From Cyanophora paradoxa CCMP329 (taxonomy: Eukaryota; Plantae; Glaucophyta), in the NCBI GenBank assembly GCA_004431415.1, contig QPMI01000044.1:434001-498000 (forward strand): 64,000 nucleotides of DNA. Direction: 5' to 3'. The notes beneath the pieces were generated by a model that was not told the origin of the DNA, ran no database searches, and was given only the letters and a program-made list of their open reading frames with translations. Positions 12,001 through 24,416 of this stretch are shown one piece after another (position 1 is the stretch's first letter; each line of letters opens with the position of its first letter). A program made the translations under genes and the position numbers.

Positions 12001-15000
12001 TGGAAGCGCCGGTGCAGACGCCGAGACCGCTTAGGGCGTGTGAGAGGCAAGGGTCAGCGGGCCGCCGCCGCCGAGGCGGGCGGGATCAGCGCCCGAAGTC
12101 CAGCCTCGGAGGCAGAGGCGGCGCCGGCGCCGGAACCCGCACGGCGCGAATCGGTCTTCGCCCTGACGTCTCGCCCTGCCTCCCGGAGCCGGCGCCGGCA
12201 TCGGCCTTGGCGCCCGCTGCCGGGCTGCGCGGAGGCGGGAGGTGAGCACATGCCCGGCGCACGCGGCCCCGCGCCCCGCGAACGAACCAGGAGGGGCGGA
12301 AGTGCTGCCGCGCCGCGGCGCCTCGACGCCGGAAGGCGCCACGGCGACGGAGGGCCGCCTCTCCGCTACGGCCGCGGCTCCGCCGGACGCGGCGGCTCGC
12401 GGGCGGCCGGGCCGCGGTCCCCGAGAAGGGCTGCGAGGGGGCGCATGACGAGGCGGCGGCGGGGCCGGCGCTGAGCGCGTCGCGCCGCCGGCCGCCTCTC
12501 CACCGCGGCTCCCCGCCGCAGAGACCCTGCATGCGCAGCTGGAGCTGACGCTCGCCTGACGGCGCTGCCCGCGGCTCAAGCGACCATCGATGCTCTTTGC
12601 CGCCTGCTTGCCTGCGTGAAGACAGCTGCGCCCGTGAGCCGCCCGCCCCGCGCCATACGCATCCTCCACGACGTCACAGGCTGCAGGGCTGCAGGCATGG
12701 GAAGCGAGCGGGGTGTGTTAGCTGCCCGGCTGCGCAAACGTTACTGGGCCCGCGTGCGCACAGCACCGTGGCCGCAGTGGCACCGCGAAGTCCCGAAGTC
12801 CTGAAGTCCCGAAGCGTAGGCCGCGCGCGAGCGGGATCTGCGCGGCTGAAGCCTGCAAGCTTATCAGGAGCTCGTGGAAAGCCGGTCGCAACAGCCGCGT
12901 CGAGCGCTGGGTCTGCGCCACTATACGTCACTCGAGAACTCCGGCAACGAGCACAAGCTTTCCGCACCATCGGAAGCTCGCCTCCCGAGCCTACTGGTAC
13001 CAAATCGAGCGCATCTTCCAGGCGCAGACGTCAACAGCTGCAGGCAAGATCGAGAGGGCGCGCTGCCTCAACGCGGTGTACCCCCCTGCCAGTGGCAAAT
13101 TTCCTCTGATCCAGAGGAAATTTTCCTCTGGGCCCCGACAGCGTACCCCCCTCCAGAGGCAAATTTCCTCTGGCACGGCGCCGGCGCACAGGAAAATCTC
13201 CTCTGGGCGATCCGGCATGCATGCCCTCGTAGTACACGCAGCACTAGCTCGCGTGCGACGCTCTCCGCCTTCGCGGAGTGCAGCTGGAGCATCGCAGACG
13301 GTCGCGTTTGGCCGCGTGGACGAGCGAGCGTGAGCGGCCTGCAGCAGCACAGCAGTCGCTCGATCGATCCGCGTGACGGCCTCGCGCTCGCGGGGCGCGC
13401 CGCGGCCGGGCCGGTCGTGTGCGGGGCCGCGGCCGGCCGCGTGGCGGCGGAGTGCAGCGGCACTCCAGTTCGGCTCCTTCGGCCTTCGCCAAGCTTTCAG
13501 CTAAGGCGGGGAGCGCCTCGCGATCGGTGCGGCACGCAACGTCCGCTTTTCCTCTTGCAAGCTGAAGGCATCTGGGCTTACACGAGCGCCCGCCGCGGCG
13601 CAGAACGAGACGCTGCGGGCGGGCTCGAGGATGAACGCTGCCGCGATTGATGCTCCTGATCAGATGAGAAACAAACGCCTGTGAGCGCTTCTCTCGATCT
13701 GGGCTGCGAAAAGCAAAGCCGCGCGCCTCCGAACTCTGACTCAGTGACTTGGGCGCAGCTCGAACGCCCGCGCACGCGCCGAGACGGCGGAAGCGGCGCA
13801 GCGGGCCCGCGGCCCGCAGCTCCTCGGGCGCCCGGGCCCGTGCATTACGGCTCGCACCTGAGCTCATGGCCAGGAGCTTGCCGATCGAGAGAGATCCGGT
13901 GCGGCCGCCCGCCCCGCATGTTTCCCGCCCGAGCGTCCTGCCGATGCCGCCCGCGCAGCCGCCGAGCCGCGCTGTTGCAGACGCGCTTCGCCGCCTGCCT
14001 CCCCCGGGCCCTCGAGCTCCGCGTACGGCTTCCGGCCGCCGGGCCTACTGCACTTCGAGAGCCGCCCGAAGGCACGCGAGGGCTCAGGTGCAGCAGAGCG
14101 CGCTAAAGCTTGCTTCTCGTTCTGAAGATTTGAGAGAACGCGCGCCCATGCTCACTGCTCTTCCCAGGGCGATCCCGTGCAGCTCGGAAGAGCCGGCAAC
14201 ACAGCATCAACGTTAACTAAGCTACGGTGCGCTTGAGCCTCTCGCGGGGCGCTGCGCCCGCCAGATCCGGACCTCACGGCTGTTCCTGATCAGCTGCAGG
14301 GGGCAGCGGCGGCCGGGGAGCTCGAGGGGGGCCGGGCGGCGCAGTGCCGCTGCATGCGCAGTCCAGCGGACATGTTCCTCGTTGTATACGGTCAGGTGCT
14401 AGCGCTGAGCGGTGAAGCGGGGCGGGCCGGGCCGGCTCTGGGAAGAGCCTTGGCGAGGGGCCCCGGGGGCGGGGCGGATCAGGGGGAGGGACCGGGGGGG
14501 GGGGGGGGGGGGGAAGAGAGGGGGCCGGGGCGGATCTGGCCATGGGGGCGGGGCCGGAGGAAGCCCCGAGGAAGCGGGCGGGGGGTCCCGCCCCGGGCGA
14601 GGACGGAGGCAGCGGCCGCCGCGGGTCGCCGTCGCCGTCCGACGGCTGCCGCGGCGATCGCGGCGCGCCCCTCTGATCTGAGGCCCTGAGGCTCAGGCGC
14701 CGACACCGCGGAAGGCGGGCGCGGGGGCGCACCGGAGAGGCTCCCGAGGTCCAGCCTCGGAGGCAGAGGCGGCGCCGGCGCCGGAACCCGCACGGCACGA
14801 ATCGGTCTTCGCCCTGACGTCTCGCCCTGCCTCCCGGAGCCGGCGCCGGCATCGGCCTTGGCGCCCGCTGCCGGGCTGCGCGGAGGCGGGAGGTGAGCAC
14901 ATGCCCGGCGCACGCGGCCCCGCGCCCCGCGAACGAACCAGGAGGGGCGGAAGTGCTGCCGCGCCGCGGCGCCTCGACGCCGGAAGGCGCCACGGCGACG

Positions 15001-18000
15001 GAGGGCCGCCTCTCCGCTACGGCCGCGGCTCCGCCGGACGCGGCGGCTCGCGGGCGGCCGGGCCGCGGGCCCCGAGAAGGGCGGCGGGGGGGCGCACGAC
15101 GAGGCGGCGGCAGGGCCGGCGCTGAGCGCGTCGCGCCGCCGGCCGCCTCTCCACCGCGGCTCCCCGCCGCAGAGACCCTGCATGCGCAGCTGGAGCTGAC
15201 GCTCGCCTGATGGCCCTGCCCGCGGCTCAAGTGACCATCGATACTCTTTGCCGCCTGCTTGCCTGCGTGAAGACCGCTGCGCCCGTGAGCCGCCCGCCCC
15301 GCGCCATACGCATCCTCCACGACGTCACAGGCTGCAGGGCTGCAGGCATGGGAAGCGAGCGGGGTGTGTTAGCTGCCCGGCTGCGCAAACGTTACTGGGC
15401 CCGCGTGCGCACAGCACCGTGGCCGCAGTGGCACCGCGAAGTCCCGAAGTCCTGAAGTCCCGAAGCGTAGGCCGCGCGCGAGCGGGATCTGCGCGGCTGA
15501 AGCCTGCAAGCTAATCAGGAGCTCGTGGAAAGCCGGTCGCAACAGCCGCGTCGAGCGCTGGGTCTGCGCCACTATACGTCACTCGAGAACTCCGGCAACG
15601 AGCACGAGCTTTCCGCACCATCGGAAGCTCGCCTCCCGAGCCTACTGGTACCAAATCGAGCGCATCTTGCAGGCGCAGACGTCGACAGCTGCAGGCAAGA
15701 TCGAGAGGGCGCGCTGCCTCAACGCGGTGTACCCCCCTGCCAGAGGCAAATTTCCTCTGATCCAGAGGAAATTTTCCTCTGGGCCCCGACAGCGTACCCC
15801 CCTCCAGAGGCAAATTTCCTCTGGCACGGCGCCGGCGCACAGGAAAATCTCCTCTGGGCGATCCGGCATGCATGCTCTCGTAGCACACGCAGCACTAGCT
15901 CGCGTGCGACGCTCTCCGCCTTCGCGGAGTGCAGCTGGAGCATCGCAGACGGTCGCGTTTGGCCGCGTGGACGAGCGAGCGTGAGCGGCCTGCAGCAGCA
16001 CAGCAGTCGCTCGATCGATCCGCGTGACGGCCTCGCGCTCGCGGGGCGCGCCGCGGCCGGGCCGGTCGTGTGCGGGGCCGCGGCCGGCCGCGTGGCGGCG
16101 GAGTGCAGCGGCACTCCAGTTCGGCTCCTTCGGCCTTCGCCAAGCTTTCAGCTAAGGCGGGGAGCGCCTCGCGATCGGTGCGGCACGCAACGTCCGCTTT
16201 TCCTCCTGCAAGCTGAAGGCATCTGGACTTACACGTACACGAGCGCTAGCGCCCGCCGCGGCGCAGAACGAGACGCTGCGGGCGGGCTCGAGGATGAACG
16301 CTGCCGCGATTGATGCTCCTGATCAGATGAGAAACAAACGCCTGTGAGCGCTTCTCTCGATCTGGGCTGCGAAAAGCAAAGCCGCGCGCCTCCGAACTCT
16401 GACTCAGTGAATTGGGCGCAGCTCGAACGCCCGCGCACGCGCCGAGACGGCGGAAGCGGCGCAGCGGGCCCGCGGCCCGCAGCTCCTCGGGCGCCCGGGC
16501 CCGTGCATTACGGCTCGCACCTGAGCTCATGGCCAGGATCCGGAGCTCGCCGATCGAGAGAGATCCGGTGCGGCCGCCCGCCCCGCACGTTTCCCGCCCG
16601 AGCGTCCTGCCGATGCCACCCGCGCAGCCGCCGGGCCGCGCTGTTGCAGACGCGCTTCGCCGCCTGCCTCCCCCGGGCCCTCGAGCTCCGCGTACGGCTT
16701 CCGGCCGCCGGGCCTACAGCACTTCGAGAGCCGCCCGAAGGCACGTGAGGGCTCAGATGCAGCAGAGCGCGCTAAAGCTTGCTTCTCGTTCTGAAGATTT
16801 GAGAGAACGCGCGCCCATGCTCACTGCTCTTCCCAGGGCGATCCCGTGCAGCTCGGAAGAGCCGGCAACACAGCATCAACGTTAACTAAGCTACGGTGCG
16901 CTTGAGCCTCTCGCGAGGCGCTGCGCCCGCCAGATCCGGACCTCACGGCTGTTCCTGATCAGCTGCAGGGGGCAGCGGCGGCCGGGGAGCTCGAGGGGGG
17001 CCGGGCGGCGCAGTGCCGCTGCATGCGCAGTCCAGCGGACATGTTCCTCGTTGTATACGGTCAGAAACACCTAGCTATGTAGCTAGCCCATCCGATTGCT
17101 AAATTCGAGTCAGCGTCAATTCATATGGCTACGGTGGCCGCCCTCTAGCTACCGTGGTTCCATGCCCACCGGTACCTTTCATTTGCTGCGAGGGATCTGC
17201 AGCTGGGCGACGCTGGCCGCAGGGCCCGGCGGGTGCCGAGCCTGCCCCGGCGAGCCAACGCAGCACGCACGCCGCTTCGTGCTGCGGGGCTGACCGATGG
17301 AGGGGCGGGGATGAAGGATGCCATGGTAGAGCGGGTGGGGCGGGGCCGGGCGGGGCGGGGGAAAGCGGGGCCGGCGCGGCGGGGGGAAGCGGGGCCGGAG
17401 GAAGGGAGGGGCCTGGGCGGGGAAGCGGGGCCGGAGGAAGGGAGGGGGCTAGCGCTGAGCGGTGAAGCGGGGCGGGCCGGGCCGGGTTTGGGAAGAGCCT
17501 TGGCGAGGGGCCCCGGGGGCGGGGCGGGTCTGGGGAGGGACCGGGGAGGGGGGGGGGGGGGGGGGCGGGAAGGGAAGGGAAGGGGAAGAGAGAGGGGCCG
17601 GGGCGGATCTGGCCATGGGGCGGGGCCGGAGGAAGGGAGGGGCTGGGAGGGGAAGCGGGGCGGGCCGGGCCGGCTCTGGAAAGAGCCTTGGCGAGGGGCC
17701 CCGGGGGCGGGGCGGATCAGGGGAGGGACCGGGGGAGGGGGGGTGGGGGGGTGGGGGGGGGGGGGGGGAGGCGGGCGGGGGAAGAGAGAGGGGGCCGGGG
17801 TGGATCTGGCCATGGGGGAGGGGCCGGAGGAAGCCCCGAGGAAGCGGGCGGGGGGTCCCACCCCGGGCGAGGACGGAGGCAGCGGCCGCCGCGGGTCGCC
17901 GTCGCCGTCCGACGGCTGCCGCGGCGATCGCGGCGCGCCCCTCTGATCTGAGGCTCTGAGGCTCAGGCGCCGACACGGCGGAAGGCGGGCGCGGGGGGCG

Positions 18001-21000
18001 CACCGGAGAGGCTCCCCAGTGCCGCGGGCGCTGGAGGCCCGCCGGGTGCTGGAAGCGCCGGTGCAGACGCCGAGACCGCTTAGGGCGTGTGAGAGGCAAG
18101 GGTCGTCGGGCGGCCGCCGCTGAGGCGGGCGGGATCAGCGCCCGAAGTCCAGCCTCGGAGGCAGAGGCGGCGCCGGCGCCGGAACCCGCACGGCACGAAT
18201 CGGTCTTCGCCCTGACGTCTCGCCCTGCCTCCCGGAGCCGGCGCCGGCATCGGCCTTGGCGCCCGCTGCCGGGCTGCGCGGAGGCGGGAGGTGAGCACAT
18301 GCCCGGCGCACGCGGCCCCGCGCCCCGCGAACGAACCAGGAGGGGCGGAAGTGCTGCCGCGCCGCGGCGCCTCGACGCCGGAAGGCGCCACGGCGACGGA
18401 GGGCCGCCTCTCCGCTACGGCCGCGGCTCCGCCGGACGCGGCGGCTCGCGGGCGGCCGGGCCGCGGGCCCCGAGAAGGGCGGCGGGGGGCGCACGACGAG
18501 GCGGCGGCAGGGCCGGCGCTGAGCGCGTCGCGCCGCCGGCCGCCTCTCCACCGCGGCTCCCGCCGCAGAGACCCTGCATGCGCAGCTGGAGCTGACGCTC
18601 GCCTGATGGCCCTGCCCGCGGCTCAAGTGACCATCGATACTCTTTGCCGCCTGCTTGCCTGCGTGAAGACCGCTGCGCCCGTGAGCCGCCCGCCCCGCGC
18701 CATACGCATCCTCCACGACGTCACAGGCTGCAGGGCTGCAGGCATGGGAAGCGAGCGGGGTGTGTTAGCTGCCCGGCTGCGCAAACGTTACTGGGCCCGC
18801 GTGCGCACAGCACCGTGGCCGCAGTGGCACCGCGAAGTCCCGAAGTCCTGAAGTCCCGAAGCGTAGGCCGCGCGCGAGCGGGATCTGCGCGGCTGAAGCC
18901 TGCAAGCTAATCAGGAGCTCGTGGAAAGCCGGTCGCAACAGCCGCGTCGAGCGCTGGGTCTGCGCCACTATACGTCACTCGAGAACTCCGGCAACGAGCA
19001 CGAGCTTTCCGCACCATCGGAAGCTCGCCTCCCGAGCCTACTGGTACCAAATCGAGCGCATCTTGCAGGCGCAGACGTCGACAGCTGCAGGCAAGATCGA
19101 GAGGGCGCGCTGCCTCAACGCGGTGTACCCCCCTGCCAGAGGCAAATTTCCTCTGATCCAGAGGAAATTTTCCTCTGGGCCCCGACAGCGTACCCCCCTC
19201 CAGAGGCAAATTTCCTCTGGCACGGCGCCGGCGCACAGGAAAATCTCCTCTGGGCGATCCGGCATGCATGCTCTCGTAGAACACGCAGCACTAGCTCGCG
19301 TGCGACGCTCTCCGCCTTCGCGGAGTGCAGCTGGAGCATCGCAGACGGTCGCGTTTGGCCGCGTGGACGAGCGAGCGTGAGCGGCCTGCAGCAGCACAGC
19401 AGTCGCTCGATCGATCCGCGTGACGGCCTCGCGCTCGCGGGGCGCGCCGCGGCCGGGCCGGTCGTGTGCGGGGCCGCGGCCGGCCGCGTGGCGGCGGAGT
19501 GCAGCGGCACTCCAGTTCGGCTCCTTCGGCCTTCGCCAAGCTTTCAGCTAAGGCGGGGAGCGCCTCGCGATCGGTGCGGCACGCAACGTCCGCTTTTCCT
19601 CCTGCAAGCTGAAGGCATCTGGACTTACACGTACACGAGCGCTAGCGCCCGCCGCGGCGCAGAACGAGACGCTGCGGGCGGGCTCGAGGATGAACGCTGC
19701 CGCGATTGATGCTCCTGATCAGATGAGAAACAAACGCCTGTGAGCGCTTCTCTCGATCTGGGCTGCGAAAAGCAAAGCCGCGCGCCTCCGAACTCTGACT
19801 CAGTGACTTGGGCGCAGCTCGAACGCCCGCGCACGCGCCGAGACGGCGGAAGCGGCGCAGCGGGCCCGCGGCCCGCAGCTCCTCGGGCGCCCGGGCCCGT
19901 GCATTACGGCTCGCACCTGAGCTCATGGCCAGGATCCGGAGCTCGCCGATCGAGAGAGATCCGGTGCGGCCGCCCGCCCCGCACGTTTCCCGCCCGAGCG
20001 TCCTGCCGATGCCACCCGCGCAGCCGCCGGGCCGCGCTGTTGCAGACGCGCTTCGCCGCCTGCCTCCCCCGGGCCCTCGAGCTCCGCGTACGGCTTCCGG
20101 CCGCCGGGCCTACAGCACTTCGAGAGCCGCCCGAAGGCACGTGAGGGCTCAGATGCAGCAGAGCGCGCTAAAGCTTGCTTCTCGTTCTGAAGATTTGAGA
20201 GAACGCGCGCCCATGCTCACTGCTCTTCCCAGGGCGATCCCGTGCAGCTCGGAAGAGCCGGCAACACAGCATCAACGTTAACTAAGCTACGGTGCGCTTG
20301 AGCCTCTCGCGGGGCGCTGCGCCCGCCAGATCCGGACCTCACGGCTGTTCCTGATCAGCTGCAGGGGGCAGCGGCGGCCGGGGAGCTCGAGGGGGGCCGG
20401 GCGGCGCAGTGCCGCTGCATGCGCAGTCCAGCGGACATGTTCCTCGTTGTATACGGTCAGAAACACCTAGCTATGTAGCTAGCCCATCCGATTGCTAAAT
20501 TCGAGTCAGCGTCAATTCATATGGCTACGGTGGCCGCCCTCTAGCTACCGTGGTTCCATGCCCACCGGTACCTTTCATTTGCTGCGAGGGATCTGCAGCT
20601 GGGCGACGCTGGCCGCAGGGCCCGGCGGGTGCCGAGCCTGCCCCGGCGAGCCAACGCAGCACGCACGCCGCTTCGTGCTGCGGGGCTGACCGATGGAGGG
20701 GGCGGGGGATGAAGGATGCCATGGTAGAGCGGGTGGGGCGGGGCCGGGCGGGGCGGGGGAAAGCGGGGCCGGCGCGGCGGGGGGAAGCGGGGCCGGAGGA
20801 AGGGAGGGGCCTGGGCGGGGAAGCGGGGCCGGAGGAAGGGAGGGGGCTAGCGCTGAGCGGTGAAGCGGGCGGGCCGGGCCGGGTTTGGGAAGAGCCTTGG
20901 CGAGGGGCCCCGGGGGCGGGGCGGGTCTGGGGAGGGACCGGGGGAGGGGGGGGGGGGGGGGGGCGGGAAGGGGAAGGGAAGGGGAAGAGAGAGGGGGCCG

Positions 21001-24000
21001 GGGCGGATCTGGCCATGGGGCGGGGCCGGAGGAAGGGAGGGGCTGGGAGGGGAAGCGGGGCGGGCCGGGCCGGCTCTGGAAAGAGCCTTGGCGAGGGGCC
21101 CCGGGGCGGGGCGGATCAGGGGGAGGGACCGGGGAGGGGGGTGGGGGGGTGGGGGGGGGGGGGGGGAGGCGGGCGGGGAAGAGAGAGGGGGCCGGGGTGG
21201 ATCTGGCCATGGGGAGGGGCCGGAGGAAGCCCCGAGGAAGCGGGCGGGGGTCCCACCCCGGGCGAGGACGGAGGCAGCGGCCGCCGCGGGTCGCCGTCGC
21301 CGTCCGACGGCTGCCGCGGCGATCGCGGCGCGCCCTCTGATCTGAGGCTCTGAGGCTCAGGCGCCGACACGGCGGAAGGCGGGCGCGGGGGCGCACCGGA
21401 GAGGCTCCCCAGTGCCGCGGGCGCTGGAGGCCCGCCGGGTGCTGGAAGCGCCGGTGCAGACGCCGAGACCGCTTAGGGCGTGTGAGAGGCAAGGGTCGTC
21501 GGGCGGCCGCCGCTGAGGCGGGCGGGATCAGCGCCCGAAGTCCAGCCTCGGAGGCAGAGGCGGCGCCGGCGCCGGAACCCGCACGGCACGAATCGGTCTT
21601 CGCCCTGACGTCTCGCCCTGCCTCCCGGAGCCGGCGCCGGCATCGGCCTTGGCGCCCGCTGCCGGGCTGCGCGGAGGCGGGAGGTGAGCACATGCCCGGC
21701 GCACGCGGCCCCGCGCCCCGCGAACGAACCAGGAGGGGCGGAAGTGCTGCCGCGCCGCGGCGCCTCGACGCCGGAAGGCGCCACGGCGACGGAGGGCCGC
21801 CTCTCCGCTACGGCCGCGGCTCCGCCGGACGCGGCGGCTCGCGGGCGGCCGGGCCGCGGGCCCCGAGAAGGGCGGCGGGGGGGCGCACGACGAGGCGGCG
21901 GCAGGGCCGGCGCTGAGCGCGTCGCGCCGCCGGCCGCCTCTCCACCGCGGCTCCCCGCCGCAGAGACCCTGCATGCGCAGCTGGAGCTGACGCTCGCCTG
22001 ATGGCCCTGCCCGCGGCTCAAGTGACCATCGATGCTCTTTGCCGCCTGCTTGCCTGCGTGAAGACCGCTGCGCCCGTGAGCCGCCCGCCCCGCGCCATAC
22101 GCATCCTCCACGACGTCACAGGCTGCAGGGCTGCAGGCATGGGAAGCGAGCGGGGTGTGTTAGCTGCCCGGCTGCGCAAACGTTACTGGGCCCGCGTGCG
22201 CACAGCACCGTGGCCGCAGTGGCACCGCGAAGTCCCGAAGTCCTGAAGTCCCGAAGCGTAGGCCGCGCGCGAGCGGGATCTGCGCGGCTGAAGCCTGCAA
22301 GCTAATCAGGAGCTCGTGGAAAGCCGGTCGCAACAGCCGCGTCGAGCGCTGGGTCTGCGCCACTATACGTCACTCGAGAACTCCGGCAACGAGCACGAGC
22401 TTTCCGCACCATCGGAAGCTCGCCTCCCGAGCCTACTGGTACCAAATCGAGCGCATCTTGCAGGCGCAGACGTCAACAGCTGCAGGCAAGATCGAGAGGG
22501 CGCGCTGCCTCAACGCGGTGTACCCCCCTGCCAGAGGCAAATTTCCTCTGATCCAGAGGAAATTTTCCTCTGGGCCCCGACAGCGTACCCCCCTCCAGAG
22601 GCAAATTTCCTCTGGCACGGCGCCGGCGCACAGGAAAATCTCCTCTGGGCGATCCGGCATGCATGCCCTCGTAGTACACGCAGCACTAGCTCGCGTGCGA
22701 CGCTCTCCGCCTTCGCGGAGTGCAGCTGGAGCATCGCAGACGGTCGCGTTTGGCCGCGTGAACGAGGCATGAGCGGCCTAGCCTGCAGCAGCATAGCAGT
22801 CGCTCGATCTATCCCGGCGGCCCTCGCGCTCGCGGGGCGCGCCGCGGCCGGCCGCGTGGCGGCGGAGTGCAGCGGCACTCCAGTTCGGCTCCTTCGGCCT
22901 TCGCCAAGCTTTCAGCTAAGGCGGGGAGCGCCTCGCGATCGGTGCGGCACGCAACGTCCGCTTTTCCTCCTGCAAGCTGAAGGCATATGCATCTGGGCTT
23001 ACACGTACACGAGCGCCCGCCGCGGCGCAGAACGAGACGCTGCGGGCGGGCTCGAGGATGAACGCTGCCGCGGATTGATGCTCCTGATCAGCTGAGAAAC
23101 AAACGCCTGTGAGCGCTTCTCTCGATCTGGGCTGCGAAAAGCAAAGCCGCGCGCTCCGAACTCTGACTCAGTGACTTGGGCGCAGCTCGAGCGCCCGCGC
23201 ACGCGCCGAGACGGCGGAAGCGGCGCAGCGGGCCCGCGGCCCGCAGCTCCTCGGGCGCCCGGGCCCGTGCATTACGGCTCGCACCTGAGCTCATGGCCAG
23301 GATCCGGAGCTCGCCGATCGAGAGAGATCCGGTGCGGCCGCCCGCCCCGCATGTTTCCCGCCCGAGCGTCCTGCCGATGCCACCCGCGCAGCCGCCGGGC
23401 CGCGCTGTTGCAGACGCGCTTCGCCGCCTGCCTCCCCCGGGCCCTCGAGCTCCGCGTACGGCTTCCGGCCGCCGGGCCTACAGCACTTCGAGAGCCGCCC
23501 GAAGGCACGTGAGGGCTCAGATGCAGCAGAGCGCCTTAAAGCTTGCTTCTCGTTCCGAAGATTTGAGAGAAGCGCGCGCGCCCATGCTCACTGCTCTTCC
23601 CAGGGCGATCCCGTGCAGCTCGGAAGAGCCGGCAACACAGCATCAACGTTAACTAAGCTACGGTGCGCTTGAGCCTCTCGCGGGGCGCTGCGCCCGCCAG
23701 ATCCGGACCTCACGGCTGTTCCTGATCAGCTGCAGGGGGCAGCGGCGGCCGGGGAGCTCGAGGGGGGCCGGGCGGCGCAGTGCCGCTGCATGCGCAGTCC
23801 AGCGGACATGTTCCTCGTTGTATACGGTCAGAAACACCTAGCTATGTAGCTAGCCCATCCGATTGCTAAATTCGAGTCAGCGTCAATTCATATGGCTACG
23901 GTGGCCGCCCTCTAGCTACCGTGGTTCCATGCCCACCGGTACCTTTCATTTGCTGCGAGGGATCTGCAGCTGGGCGACGCTGGCCGCAGGGCCCGGCGGG

Positions 24001-24416
24001 TGCCGAGCCTGCCCCGGCGAGCCAACGCAGCACGCACGCCGCCGCGGCGCTTCGTGCTGCGGGGCTGACCGATGGAGGGGGCGGGGGATGAAGGATGCCA
24101 TGGTAGAGCGGGTGGGGCGGGGCCGGGCGGGGCGGGGAAAGCGGGGCCGGCGCGGCGGGGGAAGCGGGGCCGGAGGAAGGGAGGGGCCTGGGCGGGAAGC
24201 GGGCCGGAGGAAGGGAGGGGCTAGCGCTGAGCGGTGAAGCGGGGCGGGCCGGGCCGGGTTTGGGAAGAGCCTTGGCGAGGGGCCCCGGGGGCGGGGCGGG
24301 TCTGGGGGAGGGACCGGGGAGGGGGGGGGGGGGGGGGGGGCGGGAAGGGGAAGGGAAGGGGAAGAGAGAGGGGGCCGGGGCGGATCTGGCCATGGGGGCG
24401 GGGCCGGAGGAAGGGA
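9011..24416 (+). repeat. Tandem macrosatellite, ~3.4 kb unit, copies 1-5
   Basis: Marker ccagaggaaattttcctctgg at 9917, 13111, 15762, 19158 and 22553 (spacings 3194, 2651, 3396, 3395). The shorter interval has internal deletions near 14395 and 14745. Confidence 0.95.
9895..10012. promoter_or_regulatory. Cluster of four ~21-bp palindromes (CCAGAGG-N7-CCTCTGG, A/T-rich spacer) present in every macrosatellite unit
   Basis: ccagaggcaaatttcctctga, ccagaggaaattttcctctgg, ccagaggcatatttcctctgg, gcacaggaaaatctcctctgg; same cluster at ~13090, 15740, 19136, 22531 and 34293. Regulatory function is only inferred. Confidence 0.45.

Noticed and set aside
9011-24416. rDNA or snRNA tandem array
   Set aside because: No conserved rRNA, 5S or U-snRNA signature recognised in the unit.
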